Shown here in pieces: positions 24,653-31,422 of a DNA stretch of 32,000 nt (position 1 is its first letter; every line of letters starts with the position of its first letter). This DNA comes from Candidatus Electrothrix yaqonensis (lineage in GTDB: Bacteria > Desulfobacterota > Desulfobulbia > Desulfobulbales > Desulfobulbaceae), in assembly GCA_047651235.1 (NCBI GenBank), contig CP178758.1:1800001-1832000 (forward strand). Direction: 5' to 3'. The notes beneath the pieces are model-generated. The model saw nothing but the letters and a program-made list of their open reading frames with translations. It was not told the DNA's origin and did no database searches. The position numbers and the translations under genes were made by a program.

Positions 24653-26860
24653 ATGCTCACTCCTGAACAGCGCAGACAGAAAAAACGGTTCATCCGTTAT
24701 GTTATTGTCTTCTGTATGCTGCTCATTCCGCTGCTGGCCTATACCCAGCACAGTCTGCTGCAGGGGAAACTTAACCTGCCTGTGTCCAGCACGGTCCTGA
24801 TTTTCGCGCTGATCAATATTAACGGTCTGCTGCTGCTGCTCATGCTGTACCTAATTCTGCGGAATCTGGTGGAGCTTGTTTTTGAGCGCCGGAACAAAAT
24901 TCTCGGCTCCCAACTGCGGGTACGGCTGGTTATCGCCTTTGTTTCTCTGACCATGGTACCTACGGTCATTTTGTTTCTTGTTGCCTTGGGGTCTGTTTCC
25001 ACAGCAATGGAATACTGGTTCAACAGTAATGTGGAAGATTCCCTGCAGTCCTCGCTGAAGCTGGCCCAGAATTTGTTCCATGAAGTGGAGAACCGGGCTG
25101 CCAATATGGGCAGCCATCTCGGTCTGCTGCTGGAAAAGGCGGACCTGAGTATGGAAGATCACAGCGGATTGCAGCAGCTGTTCGATAAAACGCTTGCCAT
25201 TGTCCCGCTCGGCGCACCGGATGCCCTGACTTTGGTCAGTCCTCATCTGAATGTCGCAGTTTCCGCAAAAGGAGAACGTCTGACAGCAATATCCCTGCCT
25301 GAAGTTCCTACGGAAGCGCTGCGCAAGGCCGGGAACAGCAATGAGCCGGAAATTATCACCCGCCAAGTGCAGGCAGGGGAACTGGTGCAGGCTATTGTAC
25401 CGGTGCGTTCGAAAAAACAGAGTGATCTTTTTCTGGTGACCACGCTGCTGATCCCTGCAGACAAACTGGCGCTTATGCAGTCAGTTTCTAAGGGAATTAC
25501 AGGGTATAAACAGCTTGTTATGCTCAAGGCGCCGATCAAGTTGAGTATGATCATCATGCTGCTGATCATTACGCTGCTGATTCTCTTCGGTGCCATCTGG
25601 TTTGCCTTTGTTATTGCCCGGTCCATGACCGGCTCTATTAATAAACTGGCCGAGGGAACCCAGCGGGTTGCCGACGGCGAGCTGGATTTTACCATTGAAA
25701 AAGAATCAGAGGACGAAATGGGGTTGCTGGTTGATTCATTCAACTCCATGACCGCCGACCTGCTGGCAAGCAACCGGCAGCTTGCCGAGGCCCATGAAGC
25801 CCTGCAGCAGTCCAACCTGCTCTCGGAGCAGCGGCGGCGGTATCTGGAAACCATCCTCAAAAATGTTGCAGCCGGGGTTATCGCCATTAACGAGCATAAC
25901 GAGGTTACCACTATTAATCCTTTTGCGGAGAATCTGCTGAAAATAGATAGACAAAAGTTTCTCCATCATGATTTTCATACCGTGCTGCCAAAGGCGCATG
26001 TGACTGTCATGGAAGACTTTTTTAATGACCTGGTCAGTTCCGGTAAGCGTTCCATTGAACGGCATTTCAACCTGACGGTACGGAAAGGAGAAGCCTATTC
26101 CCTGCTGGTGAATATCACCCGACTGATCGATGACCGGCAGCGTTCCATCGGCTATGTTATCGTATTTGATAATCTCACCAAGCTGGAAAAGGCGCAGCGT
26201 CTGGCAGCTTGGCAGGAGGTGGCCCGCAGGATTGCCCATGAAATCAAGAATCCGCTGACCCCGATCCAGCTCTCCGCCCAGCGGCTCCGTAAACGGTATC
26301 TGGCAACTATAGAAAATGATCGTGAGATTTTTGAACAGTGCACCGGCACGATCATCAGTCAGGTGGATGAAATCAAGCGGCTGGTCACTGAATTTTCCGA
26401 TTTTGCCCGGATGCCCAGGGTGAAAAAACAACAGGCGGATATTGTTGCTATTGCCGCAGACACCCTGGTGCTGTATCGTGAAGGGCATAAGCATATCATC
26501 TTTCTGCTGGAATATGACGAAATTCCGCTGTTCTCCTTTGATCCGGTGCAGATCAAACGGGTACTGATCAACCTGCTGGACAATGCGGTCACCGTGCTTG
26601 CCGACGGAGGAACAATACACATTGAACTGCGTCTGAACCGCAAAGAGCAGATTGTCCGACTGCTGGTCAGCGATAACGGACCGGGTATGTCTGAGCAGGT
26701 CAGACGACGCCTGTTTGAGCCGTATTTTTCAACCCGCAAATCCGGGACAGGCCTTGGTCTTGCTATTGCCCATACCATTGTAACCGAGCATAACGGGATG
26801 ATTGAGGTGCATGACAAGAACCCTTCAGGAACTGTTTTTGCTGTGGAACTGCCTCTGTAG
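24653..26860 (+). CDS. ntrY: NtrY-like sensor histidine kinase (multi-TM, HAMP, PAS, HisKA, HATPase_c)
   Basis: 735-aa ORF. It has N-terminal TM helices and a HAMP region (ARSMTGSINKLAEGTQRVADGELDF). The H-box is AHEIKNPLTPIQLSAQRL, the typical NtrY form. The N/G boxes are DNAVTV, DNGPGM and GTGLGLAI. Confidence 0.88.
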   Translation: MLTPEQRRQKKRFIRYVIVFCMLLIPLLAYTQHSLLQGKLNLPVSSTVLIFALININGLLLLLMLYLILRNLVELVFERRNKILGSQLRVRLVIAFVSLTMVPTVILFLVALGSVSTAMEYWFNSNVEDSLQSSLKLAQNLFHEVENRAANMGSHLGLLLEKADLSMEDHSGLQQLFDKTLAIVPLGAPDALTLVSPHLNVAVSAKGERLTAISLPEVPTEALRKAGNSNEPEIITRQVQAGELVQAIVPVRSKKQSDLFLVTTLLIPADKLALMQSVSKGITGYKQLVMLKAPIKLSMIIMLLIITLLILFGAIWFAFVIARSMTGSINKLAEGTQRVADGELDFTIEKESEDEMGLLVDSFNSMTADLLASNRQLAEAHEALQQSNLLSEQRRRYLETILKNVAAGVIAINEHNEVTTINPFAENLLKIDRQKFLHHDFHTVLPKAHVTVMEDFFNDLVSSGKRSIERHFNLTVRKGEAYSLLVNITRLIDDRQRSIGYVIVFDNLTKLEKAQRLAAWQEVARRIAHEIKNPLTPIQLSAQRLRKRYLATIENDREIFEQCTGTIISQVDEIKRLVTEFSDFARMPRVKKQQADIVAIAADTLVLYREGHKHIIFLLEYDEIPLFSFDPVQIKRVLINLLDNAVTVLADGGTIHIELRLNRKEQIVRLLVSDNGPGMSEQVRRRLFEPYFSTRKSGTGLGLAIAHTIVTEHNGMIEVHDKNPSGTVFAVELPL

Positions 26861-26920
26861 GTACGAAGACGAAAGAGCTGCAATGACAAAAATCGTGAAC
26901 CGTAACAGATAAATGCCCCT

Positions 26921-28282
26921 ATGCCTGCGACCATTCTGATTATTGACGACGAAGCTCCTATCCGTGAAGTCCTGTCCGGCATTTTGAGTGATGAGGGTTT
27001 TCAGCCCCTTGCTGCTGCGTCTGCGGAAGAAGGGCTTGTCATCCTGGCGGAGCAGAAAGTGCATCTGGTCCTGCTCGATATCTGGCTGCCGGGCATGGAC
27101 GGCATTGCAGCCCTGGAAAAAATCAAGCAGGATGGCAACGAGGTGCCGGTCATCATGATTTCCGGGCACGGCACCATTGAAACAGCAGTGCAGGCAACCC
27201 GGATCGGCGCCTTTGATTTTATCGAAAAACCGCTGTCCTACGACAAGGTAATCCTTGCCATTAATCAGGGCCTGCATGTTGCCCGCCTTGAGCAGGAGAA
27301 TAGGCTGCTGCGGGAGTCAACACCCGGAGATTCCGAAATCATCGGCGACTCCGCCCTGATCCGGCAGATGCGCTTGCAGATCGAACGGGTCGCCCCCACA
27401 GATGCCTCGGTCCTGATTCTCGGTGGGCACGGGACCGGCAAGGAGCTGGTTGCCCAGTCCATCCACCGCCAGTCCGACCGTGCAAAACGGCCCATGATTG
27501 CCATCAACTGCGCAGCCATTCCGGAAGAGCTGATTGAGTCAGAACTGTTCGGCTATGAAAAAGGCGCTTTTACTGGGGCGGACAGAGCCAAAAAGGGCAG
27601 GTTTGATCAGGCGGACGGCTCAACCCTGTTTCTTGATGAAATCGGTGACATGAGCTTGAAGAGTCAGGCCAAAGTGCTGCGTATCCTGCAGGAAAGAAAA
27701 TTCGAGCGGGTCGGGGGCAACCAGACCATTGAGGTGGACGTCCGGATTCTGGCTGCTACCAACAAGGACCTGGAGAAGGAGATCGAGGCGGGTAATTTTC
27801 GGGCCGATCTCTTTTACCGGCTTAATGTGGTGCCGATCCGGCTTCCTGATCTGAAAGAACGTCTGGAAGACATCCCGCCGTTGGTGGCCTCCTTTCTGGA
27901 GCGGTTCCGGGGTAAGGGGCTGGGGGAAAAACGGTTTGCCGGAGATGCCCTGAGTATGCTCATGCAGCATCCTTGGCCCGGCAATATCCGGGAACTGCGC
28001 AATATGGTAGAGCGGCTGATGATTATGGTGCCGGGGCAGGTCATCACGGCGGATGATGTTGCAGTGTTCCTCAATCCCGGTGCATTTCAGCCAGTTGCCA
28101 TCCATTTTGAAGCAGGGTACCGCCATCTTGCCTTCAAAGATGCCCGTAGGCAGTTTGAACATGATTACCTCAAGGCCAAACTTGAGGAAAACGAGGGCAA
28201 TGTTTCCAGAACCGCTGAGCTGATCGGTATGGAACGGAGCCATCTGCATAAAAAAGTGAAGGCACTCGGTATCAAGGTCTGA
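26921..28282 (+). CDS. ntrX: NtrX-like sigma-54-dependent response regulator (REC, AAA+, Fis HTH)
   Basis: 453-aa ORF. The receiver domain shows ILIIDDE...LLDIWLPGMDG. The AAA+ sigma-54 interaction module shows GGHGTGKE, ESELFGYEKGAFTGA, TLFLDEIGDM and RADLFYRLNV. The C-terminal HTH is GNVSRTAELIGMERSHLHKKVKALGI. Confidence 0.9.
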   Translation: MPATILIIDDEAPIREVLSGILSDEGFQPLAAASAEEGLVILAEQKVHLVLLDIWLPGMDGIAALEKIKQDGNEVPVIMISGHGTIETAVQATRIGAFDFIEKPLSYDKVILAINQGLHVARLEQENRLLRESTPGDSEIIGDSALIRQMRLQIERVAPTDASVLILGGHGTGKELVAQSIHRQSDRAKRPMIAINCAAIPEELIESELFGYEKGAFTGADRAKKGRFDQADGSTLFLDEIGDMSLKSQAKVLRILQERKFERVGGNQTIEVDVRILAATNKDLEKEIEAGNFRADLFYRLNVVPIRLPDLKERLEDIPPLVASFLERFRGKGLGEKRFAGDALSMLMQHPWPGNIRELRNMVERLMIMVPGQVITADDVAVFLNPGAFQPVAIHFEAGYRHLAFKDARRQFEHDYLKAKLEENEGNVSRTAELIGMERSHLHKKVKALGIKV

Positions 28283-28331
28283 ATGCCGTGAATATTTTTA
28301 GGAAATAGTCTACAGAATACAGGAGAAAAAT

Positions 28332-29306
28332 ATGGTCTTTCCCGAATACCGTCCCCGCCGTATGCGGCGGAATGAAAATCTGCGTGCCATGATCCGTGAA
28401 ACCCGGCTGGCACCCGAGCAGCTGGTTTATCCGCTCTTTGTCATGCCGGGCAAGGGCAAACGGGAGGAAGTATCCTCCATGCCCGGGGTGTTCCGAATCT
28501 CAGTAGATCAGCTCCAAAAAGAGGCGCAATCCTGCCTGGAAGTCGGTGTTCGTTCGGTAATCCTGTTCGGCCTGCCGGAAAAAAAAGACCCTATGGGCTC
28601 CGGTGCTCATGCCAAGAACGGCATCGTCCAGCAGGCCATTCAGGAGCTGAAAAACACGGCACCGGATCTGACCGTGATCACCGATGTCTGCCTCTGCGAG
28701 TACACGGATCACGGCCATTGCGGCTGCCTGGTCGGGCAGGAGGTGGACAACGATACCACCCTGGAGCTGCTGGCCCGGACAGCTCTCTCACATGCCAAGG
28801 CCGGTGCGGATATGGTTGCGCCGTCAGACATGATGGACGGACGGGTGAGCGAAATCCGCAGTGCCTTGGACGAGAACGATTTTCACAACGTGCCCATCAT
28901 GTCCTATGCGGTCAAATATGCTTCTTCCTTTTACGGGCCGTTCCGGGATGCTGCCGATTGTGCGCCCCAGTTCGGCGACCGGCGCAGCTATCAGATGGAC
29001 CCGGCCAACAGCCGCGAGGCCCTGCGTGAGGCTACCCTGGATGCGGAGGAAGGCGCTGATATCCTGATGATCAAACCGGCAGTGGCCTATCTGGATATCA
29101 TCAGCCGCCTGCGGGATGAGTTCGACCTGCCCATTGCGGCCTATCATGTCAGCGGCGAATATGCCATGATCAAGGCGGCAGCAGCCAAGGGCTGGATAGA
29201 TGGAGATAAGGTTATGGCCGAAACCCTGCTTTCCATCCGCCGGGCCGGGGCAGATATCATTCTGACCTATTTTGCCAAGGATATGGCGAGAATGCTGCAG
29301 GAGTAA
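28332..29306 (+). CDS. hemB: Porphobilinogen synthase (delta-aminolevulinate dehydratase)
   Basis: 324-aa ORF. It has [18 protein letters not shown] at the N-terminus, the metal-site Cys cluster [14 protein letters not shown], the active-site region [11 protein letters not shown] and [17 protein letters not shown], and the second lysine context DILMIKPA. Confidence 0.96.
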   Translation: MVFPEYRPRRMRRNENLRAMIRETRLAPEQLVYPLFVMPGKGKREEVSSMPGVFRISVDQLQKEAQSCLEVGVRSVILFGLPEKKDPMGSGAHAKNGIVQQAIQELKNTAPDLTVITDVCLCEYTDHGHCGCLVGQEVDNDTTLELLARTALSHAKAGADMVAPSDMMDGRVSEIRSALDENDFHNVPIMSYAVKYASSFYGPFRDAADCAPQFGDRRSYQMDPANSREALREATLDAEEGADILMIKPAVAYLDIISRLRDEFDLPIAAYHVSGEYAMIKAAAAKGWIDGDKVMAETLLSIRRAGADIILTYFAKDMARMLQE

Positions 29307-29676
29307 TTTTAGGGGGTGTGATTAAAAGTGCGGTTTTCGGTAGTAGGCCCGAACGACTTCAAGCGTGCGTTGTGAGATCCTGAGGTTCGTTTTTCGTCCG
29401 CAGGATGGCCTTTAGAAACTTGTTTTTCAAATAGCTTCTGAAACGGATGAATCCATTTAAAATCGACAGTTTGCAGGAATACCCGCCAAGAGACATCCCG
29501 CGAGGGGCCGCAGTTCCGGCGAGGTTTTAAAACAGCTTCTTATCTCTGCAGCATCAGTATGTCCTCATGATCTGACGGAGCACACAATACGCCCATTGCG
29601 ACAGCAATACCCCCTCAACAGGGCAAAAACGGTCCGAAACTGATCCTGCTTTTCTACACACCCTGTTTTGAACGAA

Positions 29677-29900
29677 TTAACAGGATGATCCGCCCGACTT
29701 GAAAAAGACCTCCTCCAAGGTGGAGGCGGTCAGAATCCGCTCCGACCAGGTCTCCAGCATTGCGCAGGATGCCTGATGCAGCCGCTCCTCGGCCCAGCCG
29801 GACAGAACGCTGAAACGCGTTTGCGCAGCATCCACAGCAGCAGACGAACCTTTCCTTCCTGCCGTCCCTGGTTGACATATCTGCGTACGTACTGCGCTGC
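29677..29900 (-). pseudogene. Frameshifted C-terminal remnant of a DUF4351 / Rpn-family (PD-(D/E)XK nuclease, putative transposase) gene
   Basis: One minus frame reads YVNQGRQEGKVRLLLWMLRK (about 29820-29880). The adjacent frame continues RFSVLSGWAEERLHQASCAMLETWSERILTASTLEEVF to the stop at 29677. Together they match the DUF4351 pattern G.QEG.....LL..L..RFG.L.......L...S...LE.W..R.L.A.sLeEVF. A 1-2 nt frame break lies near 29815-29822, and no nuclease domain is found upstream. Confidence 0.5.
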
Positions 29901-30337
29901 GATGTTGCTGTTTAGACAGGTCAAGTATCAAGGCAACTGTCCGGCTGTGTACAGTTTTTTATGTAAAAATAATTAATATTTTTTTGACTATACTTGGAAA
30001 AAAAATATTTTTTTAAGCAAACAAGCAGATATTGAGGAAGCTTTTTTGTAAATGCTTTCTTTTTGATCCTGCTTTCCTTTGTATATTACTATAAAAACAG
30101 CATGTTATGTCGAATTCAAGAGTGATAATTTCTTCTATGTATCTTTTTGAAATAAATATATTTTTTTCTTGACTTGGCGTTTAAAGTTTTATACTCTTGT
30201 ATAAGAAAGTTGATTACTGCTGTTTCCTTCTGAATTGCAAGAGAAAGAGAGGAGAAAATTTGCGGTGCGGCTTTCGTAAAAAGTTTGTCAGTCGTATACA
30301 GAAACAACATTCATAATTATGGCAGCGCTTATTCAGT

Positions 30338-30452
30338 AAGCAGGTGCTGTGCTTTCCGGTCGGAAACGGAAAGCTGATAAAGCCACAACCGCCGCGAGGC
30401 GGTGTCGGAAAACTTCGGGTCTCCGGAAAGGAGACGGCCGGGTTGCCTGCTT
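30338..30452 (+). ncRNA. Candidate structured RNA core, unit copy 1 (unassigned family; leader or riboregulator)
   Basis: The closing helix is aagcaggtg (30338-30346) / tgcctgctt (30444-30452). It encloses three hairpins: 30351-30374 (gctttccg/cggaaagc), 30388-30403 (accgcc-GCGA-ggcggt) and 30419-30435 (gtctcc-ggaaa-ggagac). See the findings for covariation between copies. Confidence 0.45.
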
Positions 30453-30479
30453 TTAGTCAGATGTACCGGGAGGTAAGTT

Positions 30480-30617
30480 ATGAAGTCGAAGCTCCTTAAA
30501 ACGGTCTGTAACCATACAGTCCTTTTACCTTTCACAAACACGAACATTCATAATTATGGCAGTGCTTATTATTCAGTAAGCAGGTGCTGTGCTTTCCGGT
30601 CGGAAACGGAAAGCTGA
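30480..30617 (+). CDS. Hypothetical 45-aa sORF opened by the unit-1 SD/ATG
   Basis: GGGAGG (30468-30473), then 6 nt, then ATG. It reads MKSKLLKTVCNHTVLLPFTNTNIHNYGSAYYSVSRCCAFRSETES and stops at TGA TAA inside unit 2. It is below the 60-aa cutoff of the ORF track. Coding status is unproven. Confidence 0.3.
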   Translation: MKSKLLKTVCNHTVLLPFTNTNIHNYGSAYYSVSRCCAFRSETES

Positions 30618-30692
30618 TAAAGCCACAATCGTCGCGAGGCGATGTCGGAAAACTTCGGGTCTCCGGAAAGGAGACGGCCGGGTTGCCTGCTT
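30578..30692 (+). ncRNA. Candidate structured RNA core, unit copy 2
   Basis: Same fold as copy 1. The middle hairpin is atcgtc-GCGA-ggcgat, with C-G to U-A at pair 2 and C to U (giving G-U) at pair 5. Confidence 0.45.
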
Positions 30693-30719
30693 TTAGTCAA
30701 ATGTACCGGGAGGTAAGTT

Positions 30720-30854
30720 ATGAAGTCGAAGCTCCTTAAAACGGTCTGTAACCATACAGTCCTTTTACCTTTCACAAACACGAACATTCATAATTATGGC
30801 AGCGCTTATTCAGTAAGCAGGTGCTGTGCTTTCCGGTCAGAAACGGAAAGTTGA
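30720..30854 (+). CDS. Hypothetical 44-aa sORF opened by the unit-2 SD/ATG
   Basis: Same SD spacing. It reads MKSKLLKTVCNHTVLLPFTNTNIHNYGSAYSVSRCCAFRSETES. It differs from the first sORF by two synonymous changes and one in-frame codon. Confidence 0.3.
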   Translation: MKSKLLKTVCNHTVLLPFTNTNIHNYGSAYSVSRCCAFRSETES

Positions 30855-30929
30855 TAAAGCCACAACCGCTGCGAGGCGGTGTCGGAAAACTTCGGGTCTC
30901 CGGAAAGGAGACGGCCGGGTTGCCTGCTT
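30815..30929 (+). ncRNA. Candidate structured RNA core, unit copy 3
   Basis: Same fold. The first hairpin closes with G-U (cggaaagt) and its loop reads gtcagaaa. The middle hairpin is accgct-GCGA-ggcggt, with a G-U at the loop-closing pair. Confidence 0.45.
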
Positions 30930-30956
30930 TTAGTCAGATGTACCGGGAGGTAAGTT

Positions 30957-31091
30957 ATGAAGTCGAAGCTCCTTAAAACGGTCTGTAACTATACAGTCCT
31001 TTTACCTTTCACAAACACGAACATTCATAATTATGGCAGCGCTTATTCAGTAAGCAGGTGCTGTGCTTTCCGGTCGGACACGGAAAGCTGA
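30957..31091 (+). CDS. Hypothetical 44-aa sORF opened by the unit-3 SD/ATG
   Basis: Same SD spacing. It reads MKSKLLKTVCNYTVLLPFTNTNIHNYGSAYSVSRCCAFRSDTES, with H12Y and E41D relative to the other copies. Confidence 0.3.
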   Translation: MKSKLLKTVCNYTVLLPFTNTNIHNYGSAYSVSRCCAFRSDTES

Positions 31092-31165
31092 TAAAGCCAC
31101 AATCGTCGTGAGGCGATGTCGGAAAACTTCGGGTCTCCCAAAGGAGACGGCCGGGTTGCCTGCTT
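31052..31165 (+). ncRNA. Candidate structured RNA core, unit copy 4
   Basis: Same fold. The middle hairpin is atcgtc-GUGA-ggcgat, so the tetraloop is still GNRA. The third hairpin keeps gtctcc/ggagac while its loop is shortened from ggaaa to caaa. Confidence 0.45.
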
Positions 31166-31194
31166 TTAGTCAAATCTGTACCGGGAGGTAAGTT

Positions 31195-31422
31195 ATGAAA
31201 TCGAAGTTCCCCAGAAGCGGCTTGCAGCTGTCTGTTTTCTTCAGCTGCGCCAGCAGTTCAGCTGGTCGCCGCCACTCTTCTCCTTCTGTTCGGAAAAAAC
31301 ACAAAATATTTACGGATAGTATCGGCTCCAAGTGTCATCGATCAGGTGCAGTTTTAGCTCTGTCTCCAGATTTCAAAGAGGGACAGTTCGACGATACTGA
31401 AAAACATCATTCAACCTGCTAA
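31195..31422 (+). CDS. Hypothetical 75-aa ORF opened by the unit-4 SD/ATG (Ser/Lys/Arg-rich, no recognisable family)
   Basis: It has the same GGGAGG-N6-ATG and the first four residues MKSK as the sORFs, then reads unique sequence (FPRSGLQLSVFFSCASSSAGRRHSS...). The composition is not typical of a globular protein, and AT-rich DNA follows. Confidence 0.3.
   Translation: MKSKFPRSGLQLSVFFSCASSSAGRRHSSPSVRKKHKIFTDSIGSKCHRSGAVLALSPDFKEGQFDDTEKHHSTC

Larger units (their letters stand above)
30306..31210 (+). repeat. Tandem array of four copies of a 237/240-nt unit (the last copy truncated by divergence after an ATG)
   Basis: Unit starts (aacattcataattatggcag) lie at 30306, 30543, 30783 and 31020. 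The copies differ by 4-9 small changes. Copies 1 and 3 share variants, as do copies 2 and 4, which gives a 477-nt super-period. Confidence 0.95.

Noticed and set aside
28408-28423. TGGCAC-N7-GC (a sigma-54-like GG-N10-GC) match.
   Set aside because: It lies inside the hemB coding sequence, 76 nt after its start and on the same strand, with nothing to drive. The -12 region (CAGCT) is poor. It is most likely a chance match.
30320-30335. A sigma-54 promoter reading of tGGCAGcgcttaTTCA at the start of each unit, which is tempting because an NtrX-like activator is encoded 2 kb upstream.
   Set aside because: The -12 element is TC rather than the near-invariant GC. The 3-nt insertion in copy 2 also changes the -24/-12 spacing, which a functional sigma-54 promoter would not tolerate.
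30338-30452. Assigning the unit to a known riboswitch or leader class (cobalamin, TPP, SAM-I, FMN, glycine, c-di-GMP-I, ykkC/guanidine, ZTP, fluoride, Moco, purine, T-box).
   Set aside because: I could not find the signature sequences I remember for these classes, such as the B12 box, CUGAGA...ACCUGAUCUGGAUAAUGCCAGCG, GGUG..AAUCC, or ACGCAAAGC with GGCAAA. A gcugauaaagcc stretch vaguely recalls the fluoride motif, and ccggaaagg recalls Moco, but the rest does not fit. This was done from memory only, so a cmscan is still needed.
30329-30787. Two 72-aa minus-strand ORFs from the track (30329..30547 and 30569..30787) inside the repeat array.
   Set aside because: These ORFs exist only because the unit happens to lack stops in that frame. 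In copy 3 the equivalent frame is broken after 10 codons (TGG to TAG, caused by the c-to-t change at 30990), and copy 4 has no equivalent start. No SD precedes the ATG (ccataattatgaATG). The G-U pairs in the helices argue for the + strand. One caveat: 3 of the 4 copy-1/copy-2 differences are synonymous in this frame, so I rate it unlikely rather than impossible.
30306-31210. Reading the tandem array as a CRISPR.
   Set aside because: The whole 237/240-nt period is repeated at >95% identity. There is no alternation of short conserved repeats with unique spacers, and there are no cas genes in the window.
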